Assembly: GCA_002269645.1 (NCBI GenBank)
Contig: NIVC01001115.1
Span: 373,403-437,402, forward strand
Source: Macrostomum lignano
Taxonomy: Eukaryota
Direction: 5' to 3'
DNA length: 64,000 bases
Below are positions 52,972 to 64,000 of the stretch, piece after piece. Below the pieces are notes generated by a model. It was not told the origin of the DNA. It was given only the letters and a program-made list of their open reading frames with translations, and searched no databases. Both the position numbers and the translations under genes were made by a program. The number at the start of each line of letters is the position of its first letter. Position 1 is the stretch's first letter.

Positions 52972-55900
52972 TCAGTCGTATCGCTTCCTGTTGCGCTTGA
53001 GCAGGAATTTGATCACGCCCCAGAGCACAGCTGCCAGGGCGATGGACCAGAATGCCACGATGCAGCCAATGCCAATGTCTTGCTTTGTCTGGTAGGCCAG
53101 TGGACATTCTTCCACCTTGTCCGCATCTGCAATTCGGACATTGTATGGCAAATCTCTTGAGTCCATTGGTCATGCCTTTTGTGTCCATACTGTCTCATTA
53201 CATTTCATGTCCATACTGTCTCATGCCATTTTATATCCATACTGTCTCATGTCATTTCATGTCCATACTGTCTCATGCCATTTCATGTTCATACTCTCTC
53301 ATGTCATTTTATGTCCATACTGTCTCATGCCATTTCATGTCCATACTCTCTCATGTCATTTTATGTCCATACTGTCTCATGTTATTTCATGTCTATACTG
53401 TCTCATGCTATTTCATTTCCATACTGTCTCATGTTATTTTATGTCCATACTGTCTCATGTTATTTCATGTCTATACTGTCTCATGCTATTTCATGTCCAT
53501 ACTGTCTCATGCTATTTCATGTCCATACTGTCTCATGTTATTTTATGTCCATACTGTCTCATGTTATTTCATGTCCATACTGTCTCATGTTATTTTATGT
53601 CCATACTGTCTCATGTTATTTCATGTCTATACTGTCTCATGCTATTTCATGTCCATACTGTCTCATGTTATTTTATGTCCATACTGTCTCATGTTATTTC
53701 ATGCTTGTACTGTCTCATGCCATTTCATGTCTGTACTGTCTCATACTGTTTTGTGTCTGTATAATTTCATTAAGTCATACGTAAGGCAAATAAAATGCTT
53801 ATTGTTGAAGCCTCACAAATGAACCACTTACAGCTATGGTTGGCAGGCTTTCCAGCGTTAAAAACTGTATTGCTGAGCCGAAGATCAACGTCTACAAATT
53901 TATAGGGCGGCTCCGCGGAGCAGACGGTGGTGTTGAGCACGTGACAGAGAGACAGCGGCAGGGACACCGGGCAGCTGTACTGCCAGTCCGTCTTCACTTG
54001 GAAGTGCGGAAACTTCGGGAAGCGGACAATGAAGCTCAGAGGTGTGCCTGAGGGAGTTGGTGTACGAATTAGCAATGCTTGCTAGAAGTGAGACACTGAC
54101 TCACCCAGTGAGATACTGACTCACCCAGTGAGATACTGACTCACCCAGTGAGACACTGACTCCTTCAGTGAGACACTGACTCACCCAGTGAGATACTGAC
54201 TCACCCAGTGAGATACTGACTCACCCAGTGAGATACTGACTCACCCAGTGAGACACTGACTCACCCAGTGAGACACTGACTCACCCAGTGAGACACTGAC
54301 TCACCCAGTGAGACACTGACTCACCCAGTGAGATACTGACTCACCCAGTAAGACACTGACTCACCCAGTGAGATACTGACTCACCCAGTGAGATACTGAC
54401 TCACCCAGTGAGATACTGACTCCCCAGTGAGATACTGACTCACCCAGTGAGATACTGACTCACCCAGTGAGATACTGACTCACCCAGTGAGATACTGACT
54501 CACCCAGTGAGATACTGACTCACCTAGTGAGATACTGACTCACCCAGTGAGATACTGACTCACCCAGTGAGATACTGACTCACCCAGTGAGATACTGACT
54601 CACCCAGTGAGATACTGACTCACCCAGTGAGATACTGACTCACCCAGTGAGATACTGACTCCCCAGTGAGATACTTACTGACCCAGAGAGATACTGACTC
54701 ACCCAGTGAGATACTTACCCAGTGAGATACCTAATAACTCAGTGAGATACTTAATGACCCAGTGAGATACTTAATGGCCCAGTGAGATACTCAATGACCC
54801 AGTAGAATACTTAATGACTGATCGGGATACTCGATGATTCTTTAGATAAATTTTTCGATTTTTGAGATAACTCGATAAATTTTTGGATACTCGATGACCC
54901 CTTTTAAATGCTCAATGGCCCAGCTACTAGTGCCATTCCAATACTATATAATCCTCTGCTTCAAGAATTATTTAACTTTAAGAAATCACAAGTTCTCTCT
55001 AGCCAATGCACCCAGCTGCATGAATGCCTACACTCTTTCTTAGGCGCCGAAATGAGCCAAAAGTAAATTATCGAGCTTCTTATCAGCGCTGGTCTCACTG
55101 GAGCGCTTGCTACTCGAACTAGACCTTATCTACCTGAATGCATGTCTCGCAGATGTGACCCTAAAATGCAAATGCCTGCAGTTTAAACATTATAGTTTGA
55201 TTAGAAATAAAATAAGAAAACTGTAGTGCGAGTCGTTAAATACTCAATGGATCGCCAGAAAAATGGATGAAAAGAAGAATATAATCAGGGATATGACTGA
55301 ACTCACCAGTCCAATTTGCCAGCTCCGTACTGTCGTCGAACGTTGCTGTAATTTCAAACTCTTGGATAAAACGCCGCTCTTTGTCATCAGACGGCTGCGC
55401 TTGAATCATAAGATCTAAACTCTTAACAAATGACGTCGACGGCTCTTGCTGAGCAATTGAGAATCGATAGAACACAATGGAGCCATTTACTTCAGTATTA
55501 ATTAAATTAACGGTTGCATTCTCGATCACCTGAAAATAAGAATCTATTTTTTTACTTTTGAAGTTACATGTGCAATGTTGTCTTATATAGTGCTTTCGAA
55601 TTGCACATGCAAATTTAGGATTTCTGGGCAATTCTACTTGTAATATTGTCAAATCAAGAACATACAGTACAAATACAGCTCATTCCTGCGAAAATAAAAA
55701 ACACAAGTAGCTCACCTGTGAGACTTTTTCGCCGGAAGGATTTTTGACCACCGTAAAGTTAACACTAATCAAGCTGCTCAAAAAATATTCGTTTTTAGTA
55801 TCATGTACCGTAATATTAAACGAGTACAGCGGGTCTGTAAAAAATGAAAAAGATTAAACGACGGTTTCGTGAATCATTTTGGTTCTACTGTTTGATTGAA

Positions 55901-55996
55901 TTGAAGTAGAGTATAACATATAATTGGAAATTCTGCAAACAATTAGCACTTACCAAACACAATCGCTAAAAAAGCTATCCAGAAAATTAACCTCAT
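52972..55996 (-). CDS. Type I membrane glycoprotein, 251 aa, possibly LAMP-like
   Basis: Exons 55954-55996, 55716-55834, 55307-55529, 53832-54047 and 52972-53126 total 756 nt with GT-AG junctions and consistent phases. It has a signal peptide (MRLIFWIAFLAIVF), 7 N-X-S/T sequons, QYSC ... VEEC before the TM (IGIGCIVAFWSIALAAVLWGVI), and a short basic tail KRNRKRYD*. The gene model is solid; the family call is weak. Confidence 0.75.
53190..53750. repeat. ~26-27-bp intronic minisatellite
   Basis: Unit CCATACTGTCTCATGTTATTTCATGT. Confidence 0.93.
54095..54800. repeat. 20-bp intronic minisatellite carrying GTGAGT on the coding strand
   Basis: Unit TCACCCAGTGAGATACTGAC, which reads ACTGGGTGAGTCAGTATCTC on the minus strand. 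Confidence 0.96.
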
Positions 55997-56140
55997 TGTT
56001 GCTTAAAAGCTATCGACGGAAGAAATCTCAGTAGGTATTTTCGTGATAAAAACTCCTGCGGAAAGTTGACTAATCGCAATCGGACAGCTCCTGAATGTCT
56101 TCAAATTTAAACTATGTGTGCATATAATATCGAACTAAAA

Positions 56141-56548
56141 ATGGCGTAAGTAAAGACATCGCCTTATTTGAAATACTTTTTTAACAAATAAAAACGAAAA
56201 TTCTAAAAATTGTTTTTTTTCAAATTATCAATATAAGCAGTATGATTTGTTTTAATTTTATTTTTCGTAGACTAAATTTAAAATATGCTCAGTATATGCC
56301 GTAATTAATGAGATAAAACTGGGAGGTAAATCAGTTGATCCACATAACAGCATTTTTAATTGCAGGCTCTGTTCTCTTATACTATTGATCGTTGTCTTGT
56401 AAGGCGCTAAAATTACTTAGCAGTCCTTGTCTCTTAGTTACAGTTTAAAAATGTCATTCATTCCTTTTGAGCTCAAACAAGAGTTGGTTGCAAAAGATAC
56501 CATGGAACATGCCAGAGGAGGATTTAGTCCATATTCTATGAATGGAGG
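56141..56548 (+). CDS. Candidate 5' exons of a divergently transcribed gene
   Basis: AAAATGGC|GTAAGT (56141-56145), 56366-56398 and 56444-56548 splice in frame to MALCSLILLIVVFLKMSFIPFELKQELVAKDTMEHARGGFSPYSMNGG. The N-terminus is hydrophobic. Intron 2 is only 45 nt and no downstream exon was found. Confidence 0.35.
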
Positions 56549-57399
56549 GTAAGATTCACTACTATCTAATTTTAACAATTTATATATTTTTTCCAAACAA
56601 ATTTTCCAGTCAAAATAAAGAATCTCTAAAAATGACTTTTAAATATGAGTGGTCTACTATAATTATGGCTATGGTTACAGGAAAATTTAAGGCAGCACTC
56701 TTTAGTCTCATGGATGCATAAGCCATGTAGAACATTGGCTACCATTAACTCTATAGGTAACAGTTGTAAAAAGTGTAGCCTGTGCACTCACTGCCCTTTC
56801 TTGCTATCTGCTGCTATAGCAAATAAATATACATGGAAGAGGGTCTAATACCTTTGTGCAAGTAGTATATATACTCGTAATTTCTTTAATAATGCTTAGA
56901 GTTGTTCAAAACTTTCAATTTCAAACAAATTTAGAAGTCAAAATTTTGGAGTGTATTAAAGAGTGGCTAAAAATAAACTAATTTGTACTATATATACGTG
57001 TATTTTGTTTTGCATAAGCAGTAAATCAAGAATAAAAAAGTGAGTTTTGGTCATACTAAACTTTGTTTTGTTTAATTTTGATTTTAGAAAATTTCAATTA
57101 TGATTTCAGAAAGTTAGCAAATTTTGATTATTATAATTTATCATATTTGCCATAAATTATAAAAAATAATTTAAGTCAAAATGAATTATTTATTCTTAAG
57201 TGCATGCTTTTTTCAGAGATACTGAATTAGAAGTGATATATTAATTAAGAATTTATAAAAAGTAATATAACATAGATTTTTTTATTTTTTTATTTTAATT
57301 TTAAAAGCTTTGTTGACAACAAAATAGTATAATGTATTCAACTGCTACTTTAAGAGTGTCAAGTGCACCACATCTAATGAAAGCCTGCTACTAGCAACT

Positions 57400-60300
57400 A
57401 TATAGACTCCCAAGAAATGGCACCATGCCGAGGCAACTTAGAAATAACTTCAAATGCCTCTAGAGAAAACACGTGCTACAAATTAAAGGCAACAGAGAAT
57501 GTGGCAAGTACAATGACAATGTCCTTAACATTGTCAATTAGCAGCTTGGCACTATTCATGGATATACCACTCCAAACCACTTCTCTCAAGATGTGAATTG
57601 GCAACTCAGAGGAAAAAAATTGTCTAGATCCAGCTTCAAGCAGCCAAGAAGCAAAGAGATGCCATTTTGGAGCACTTTATCTTTGGACTTTGCATTACTT
57701 TCAACAACACTTTTATACAACTTGAACCACTTCATCAATAAACGCTTGTCCCACACAGCATGTAGAGCAGCATAGACATTTAACTTAATGTCTTCAGGTG
57801 AACAAGGCAGGATGTAGTCTGATTTGCACTTTGAATTGTACATTTCAATCATAAGAAATACCTCCTGAAGAAGCAGGGGTGCTAATGCCAATGGCTTATG
57901 CAATTCAAGCTCCTGTTCAACCATTGTTTTTTGACAGTGCAGTACACATTCAACAAAAAGACTTTTTATTATGGCAAGGATGTCGTCCAACTCCATCAGA
58001 TAATAGCGCTTATTTAATTGGACTCAAGCACTTTCATGAGAAGTTGGGAGTGTGTCAAGCTCACCAAGAAATATGCTCTTGGCAACTGTGCCTGTTGAAC
58101 TCTTGGTATCAATCTGGCATAGGCGTTTTGGAGCAGGTTCTTCATTGTCATCTTTGTTGTTGTCATCATTGTCATTGTTTTCTTTGTTGGCCTTAGTCTC
58201 AACTCTCATTCATTTCTGCCTATGCTTGCATTGGAGTTCCATTACCACAGGACTGCTGCACTCTAGTCTCGTTTTTTTGGGCCATACAGGGTTTTTTGGC
58301 CCCTTGAAAATTTAATTGGCAACTGGATTTTAGGCATCAGAGACCAATCTGGCAACTTCATTTTTCCTGTGCCAGTTGCCAATGTAAAATTTTTTTGTAA
58401 GTGTAATGAAAGCGCCATATAAACTGATATGATATGATGGAATTGTTAGTTTGTTATTGTTATTGTAAATATAACATGTACATGTTACTCAAAATTTAGT
58501 GTCTTGGAAATATTCATCTTTAAGAATTTGGCTAGTTGCCAATGAGCAACCAAAATAGCCATTGGCAACTAGATTTTGAGCCCCAATGGCCAGCTGGTAA
58601 CTGGATTTCCAACCTTAAAAAAACCCAGACTCTTTGATCTTAATTCTTTAAGACAATGATAAATCCTTTTTTGCCAAAACTGGACTCCATCACTGGATCC
58701 ATCATGCAGCCCTAGAAATGCAGCAACAATCAAGCAGCACACATCGTCAAACTCATGACCCTTAAGATATGGGTCATGCTTGTCTTTGTACTTATCGAAG
58801 ATTTCAATGATTATGTATTTCAAAAACTTATTGACAAAGCTTCCTTTTAACATTAAATCTAGTCCTTTCGATGGAGTGCGACGTAGATCCTGAAGGGCTG
58901 AATCCAAATCTCACATTGGTGGCAATGAATAGACAGTGGGCCATGGCATTCTTGAGATTTGGATACAAGATTCCACCTCGTGCGGGAGTTCGACGTTTGC
59001 TTGCGGGAAGTTTGCTTGCCGAACTTTGCTTGCAGGAATTTTGCTTGCCAAACTTTGCTTGCCAAACTTTGCTTGCTGAACTTTGCTTGCCAAACTTTGC
59101 TTGCCAAAGTTTGCTTGCGGAATTTTTGCCTGCCAAACTTTGCTTGCCAAACTTTGCTTGCGGAATTTTGCTTGCTGAAGTTTGCTTGCCAAACTTTGCT
59201 TGCAGGAACTTTGCCTGCCAAAGTTTGCTTGTTGAGCTTTGCTTGCAGGAATTTTGCTTGCCAAACTTTGCTTGTGAAATTTTGATGTCTGCTTTCTAGA
59301 AATTTGCAATCACACAATCGCAAGGTTTTAACTTGCAGAATTATTTTCTTGTTTGCTTGCTTGTTTTGATTGCTTGTAAAGTTGGTCAGTCAATTATTAC
59401 TTACTACAGATGCTTTGCAAGTGGATTCTTATCAGGGTCGACGTAAACTGACTTGACACTAAGCTTTCAAACTAGGCTTATAGAGTTTCATTCTAAGAAT
59501 GTAGTATATAGAATGCTGAGAGATTTAGTATAGGTAGATAGGGATTGGTAACAGTATAAATCTTTGTAGTTCCTGATTTCAGCACGATTGAGCAGATATG
59601 ATAATTGCAGTGATGCTAATGTATAATAATGCATATACTAATAATATTTTAGTATATAAAATGTAATTAATAATCCGCCATATCCTCATACAAAATCATA
59701 ACACTATAGGCGACTTCCACAAATCTTATAAAATGAAAATTAGAAATACAAGAGTTCAAAAATAGGTTTCTTAAAGCTTCCGCAAAACTTTGGCTGGCAA
59801 GCCACACAAGAAAATTTCCTGCAAGCAAAGTTCGGCAAGCAAATTTCCTGCAAGCAAAATTCGGCAAGCAAAGTTTGGCAAGCAAAATTCCACAAGCAAA
59901 GTTCGGCAAGCAGACTTCGGCAAGCAAAATTCTGCAAGCAAAATTCAGCAAGCAAAATTCAGCAAGCAGACTTTGGCAAGCAAATTTCTGCAAGCAAACT
60001 TTGGCAAGCAAACTTCTCGCAGGCAAATTTCATAGACCCCCTCATGCGCTGCAGCTCTTTTAGGCGTTTGCTCTAGTAAGGCAAATGCTGGCGCTCTACC
60101 AGACGCTGCCACTCTACCAAATGCTGCAGCTCTACCAGATGCTGCCACTCCACCAGATGCTGCCACTCCACTAGACACTGCTGCTCCACCAGATGCTACT
60201 GCTCCACCAGAGAAGCATTGCTCAGGCAGAGACTGGCCAGACTCAATGAAGATAAGCTTGCTTCTTGCCTTGCTAAACTCAGGAAAGAACTCATCTCCAT

Positions 60301-63300
60301 TGACTTCAAATCCATCCAATGTCAGGATTTGTATGCCTTAAATGGCATTAATTCCTATCTTAGAACAGCCTTGCAATAGCAGAGCAGTGTGAGATGAATC
60401 TACAAGAAACTTCTTCAACGACTTATCACAGTTGCTGATTCAAAGCTGAAATGAAAGTTTGTGGGATCGACACCTAGAATCTATTCATAAGCTGGAAAAA
60501 TAAGTTTTAAAGGTTCTATACTTTTCTGCTGTGTGTGTATGTGTGTTATGTGTATGTGTATGATTTCCCAACTTGTCCCCAATTTCCCATTGCTTCTGAG
60601 ATAAGCTGCATATATTAGACACTCTGCTCTACAAGACTCCTTTGACTCCTTAAAGTGTAGATATGATAGTGATGGATCAAAATTAGATTTCGATTTCAAT
60701 ATTTCAAATTTCAAACCTTATTTTGCATCGAAATAATTTCAATTTTGATTTCAAATTTCAACACAATTCATCAAAAGTCATTTCGAAATTTTTGTTATAT
60801 AATGCAAGGCAGTTCATGTTAACCTACATGCCATTGCCAATGATTTGTAATATAATTTAATTAAATATTGTATTCTGCGTTCTTTGTTTCAAGTAAATTT
60901 TGATTTCCATCCCTCACTTTGTTATACTGTCATTGCATACAATGTGTGTAATAATTTTCTGATAATGTTGATCACATACAGTACAACTAGAGTGGATTGA
61001 AATTTGGTAAGCTAATTACATACATGCATGCCAAGATTGCATTGCTCACAACAGATTCTAAGGCTGCTGTTAATTCTTCTCAGTCAAAATTTGTAGACAT
61101 TGCAATGTGATATTGGCTTCAAAGATTTGCAAGGATATTAGCTCATTTGTATATGAGCTTTATAAAATGTGCTAAGTCTACAATGAACTGATTCTTATGC
61201 CAACTCCCTGCCCTGAAATATGTAAATATGAAATCACCAATATGCTAGATTTTAAGGAAATGTGCTAACTTTTAGGCAATGTGCTATATTGTTGGTAAAC
61301 TCAAAGACTTTCAATTTAATAGGCAATTAAATGTTGGAAATATATAGGGTCATCATTCATTAAATTATCACTAAATGGTGAAAACACAATATCAATGAAT
61401 TAATGATAGTATATGAATTGACACCAAAATTTATTTTTAATATCAAATAAGTTACCAAAAAGAAGCCCAAAATATTGTATTAAGTGAAACATTTGGCTTG
61501 CAGTACAAGGTAAATGAAAGTTTTGAATATTACACTTTGTGATTTTCAGAAAAGATATTTCTGATACTTTATTAAATTGATCAATAATATACTCAATGCT
61601 AACATGATAGTTTTTTATGGCATAATCAAGTATTATACAAATTATTAAATGACTCAATCCTTCTAGGATATCATGCATAATGTCTAAAGCAAAAAATATA
61701 GAAGTTCAATATACATTATGTTACATAATTTAGAATAAGATACAAGGCCATTAGATAAGTTTTTTGATGAATTTATTATACAACTATGACTCCTTAAATC
61801 AAACTTAAACAACTAGCTTAACTGTTGAGGATTAATTTGACATGTTTCAAAGTGTTTTTTATAATATCTGCAAATATATCCACTTAAAAAACACTTACAA
61901 CTAGCATATGGTGTATTGATAAATTATCTCCTGTCATAAAACAGACTATTACAGGTAGTTTTAATGAATGATTAATATTAAATTATGATAAATAGGGATC
62001 ATTTAATTCTTTAACTAATGGTTCTAAGCAAGAATTTAACCCAATATTCTTAATTTGTACAAGTAAATCACTACAAAAAGTAAAATTCAATGTTAAATTT
62101 AAATGATCCAGGAAGTTCAAGATACTATAATAAAAAACATATAATTTATGTTTCTTAGCAAAACCTGTAAGATTGCACACTTTAATTTCATCTGAGTATA
62201 ATTTTAAATATATCCCTTTTTGTGCATCAGAATAGATGTATTTTATGAAATACTTACTTTTAAAAAAGTTGTTACTTTTGGTATAAGACATATCTATTAG
62301 ATAATTTAGCAATTGTTCATTTTTAATAAGGGAGTTTAAAGTTTTAAATATTGAAATGTATTGAAAACTATATTTAGAATCATTAGAATCAACTAAATTA
62401 AAGTTTTTTTGTAATATGCCAAGTATTTTTTATCATTTAGTAAATGCTCTAATGAAATTTCTATTATATCCTGCAAATTTAACATATTTACTAATAATGT
62501 GTCATTTTATACTGAAGGATTATGTACCTTCAGGAAACTATTAAATAAATAAAAATAATTTTTAGCAAAATCTAAAACTATTTCTTTAGCAACTTCACTA
62601 ATTGCTAGACATTGCTCTTTTGGAATTAAAAAAATCCTTGCTTTTCAAATAAAAATAAACAAAATTTTCAGCTAAATATTTTGTTACTTTTTCTCTTATT
62701 GCCTCTGGATTAAGAATTGAATTTGGATTTTCATTTCCAATAGGCATAGAAGATTCACCATGATTAATCACATCTAACTGATTGATACTGTCTAGTTGAC
62801 CTAAAAAGTCTTGATTATGCTCTTCATTAGAAAGTAAAGTAGTATCATTTAATTATAGAACTTGTTTGCAATAAACTCTTCTAGCATGAGCCTTCAAGGT
62901 CTCAATAGAATTGCAAGAATGAAAACATAATTGTACAGGACATTTAAAAAAATTAACTCCAATCGAATGATGAGATTTAATATGAGATAAAACTTGAATA
63001 ACATTATTTGATGAAAAGGAACAAAATTGGTATGCAACCACCATGAAATACTTTTTAAATCATCCATCTAATTTTCAGCTTTATTTAACATATAAAATGT
63101 ATCCACAATTATTCATCTGAAAATGTAATGTGCAACCCAAGTTGATATTTGCTTAAATTTTTTAAAATTGTGACCTAATTTATGAAATGCAAAAAATCAA
63201 TTAAAGGTAATCCAGACAACTTTTTTAAAACTGTGGGTTCTTTTTTTACATTTCCTTTGACTTTTGACTTTTAGACCTTTAAGGTCCACAAAAGCATTCA

Positions 63301-63331
63301 GACCTTGAGCGGACCTCTGTAATTTACAGTG
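57400..63331 (-). mobile_element. Decayed CMC/EnSpm (CACTA-like) DNA transposon: transposase plus second ORF
   Basis: Transposase remnants at about 60800-63050: N-terminal C2H2-like fingers (62853-63044), LYSDEI..GFAKKHKL..Y, TGDNLSIHHML (about 61925), MHDILEG, TASQMFHL..LLFG. ORF2 remnants at about 57400-60330 include WPTVYSLPP and FWQKRIYHCLKELR. A candidate terminus CACTGTAAA reads leftward from 63331. The left TIR was not found, so the left limit is approximate. Confidence 0.72.
58984..60039. mobile_element. 1056-bp non-autonomous element with inverted minisatellite arms, inserted in EnSpm ORF2
   Basis: GGG...CCC termini with an 8-bp TSD, CCTCGTGC (58976-58983) and CCTCATGC (60040-60047). 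The ~15-bp TTTGCTTGCCAAACT arrays at the two ends are inverted. Removing the element rejoins AAAHE|VESCIQISRMPWP in frame. Confidence 0.8.
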
Positions 63332-63339
63332 CAGACTAC

Positions 63340-64000
63340 CAAAGTTACAAAGTAGACAAACTGCTCACAGTATGAAAGCCTTGTCACCTGTCTGTTAGTA
63401 CCTTGGCAGAAAATTATAGCCTCAATGTTGTCCAGCAAGCTGAGCATAGCAGTCTTCTTTATGTTGACCACTAGACCAACACTTGCTGCAGCGCTTATTA
63501 GCTAGTCCAGCTAGCACTAGGCACCCCTTGACAGTTGAGGACAGCAGAGTGAGATCATCAGCGTAGCCAAGCACACATTGCTGCAGCAAGAAGCCATGAT
63601 TGTTAGAAGGGAGAGCAGTCTGTAGCACCCAGTCAAGCACCAATATAAACAGGAATGACACAAGCATCTCTATAAGGCACCATGGAGGATGTCTCAAAGA
63701 AATCTGATAGACATAGCAGCATTCATATCGTGATACAGTGCCATGACTGGAAATCAGCTGTTCTGGCATGTTAATGTTTATATGCATTATAAGGGCCATT
63801 GGGAGCATGGCCCTTATGACTGAGTCAAAAGCCTTCCTAAAGTCAATAAATAGAGCAATCAGGCTTGACTAGTGGAGCCGTGCTTCAATGACTCAGTGAA
63901 GAGCCAGGATCTGCACCACTGTGCTGTGATTAGGCTGGAACCCATTCTGATTAGGCTGCAAATATTGATTTAGCATGGACTATAGGCAGATACCCTGGTG
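63340..64000 (-). mobile_element. Old RTE-like RT fragment, same family as 27130-29860
   Basis: Translates with stops and shifts as QNGFQPNHSTVVQILALH*VI..FIDFRKAFDSV and FLFILVLDWVLQTALPSNNHGFLL..VLGYADDLTLL, colinear with the younger copy. It continues past the right edge. Confidence 0.9.

Noticed and set aside
55030-55160. Extra coding exon in the membrane-protein gene
   Set aside because: An early in-frame stop follows the acceptor, and exons 3 and 4 already join in phase without it.
56549-57400. Left TIR of the EnSpm element
   Set aside because: No CACTG or CACAG match to the 63331 terminus was found.

Overview
This is eukaryotic, intron-rich animal DNA. GC-rich exons alternate with introns packed with minisatellites, and AT-rich blocks hold nested transposons. 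The architecture resembles Macrostomum-type flatworm genomes, but the species is an inference only. I could splice three host genes by hand, with GT-AG junctions and matching phases. (1) A BPTF/NURF301 orthologue on the minus strand has 9 exons at 756-10699; it runs off the left edge and its first exon was not found. (2) A complete receptor guanylyl cyclase of retinal-GC type on the plus strand has 13 exons at 31677-45777 (about 1112 aa). (3) A small glycosylated type I membrane protein with LAMP-like features on the minus strand has 5 exons at 52972-55996 (251 aa); a weak head-to-head gene candidate starts at 56141. Mobile DNA includes an apparently intact 5.8 kb hAT element (869 aa transposase, 8-bp TSD, empty paralogous site about 1.3 kb downstream), several MITE or foldback elements with 8-bp TSDs, a frameshifted RTE-like LINE, a second heavily CpG-decayed copy of that family, and a decayed CMC/EnSpm element. 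The least expected signals are an open frame missed by the ORF track that carries a ubiquitin-specific-protease-like Cys box (22376-22753), an intronic array of about 30 consensus 5' splice sites, complementary microsatellites bracketing exons 4-12 of the cyclase, and paired young and old TE copies showing CpG decay. There are no prokaryotic features, CRISPR arrays, rRNA or tRNA. I cannot claim a confirmed novel system; family calls rest on recalled motifs, not database searches.
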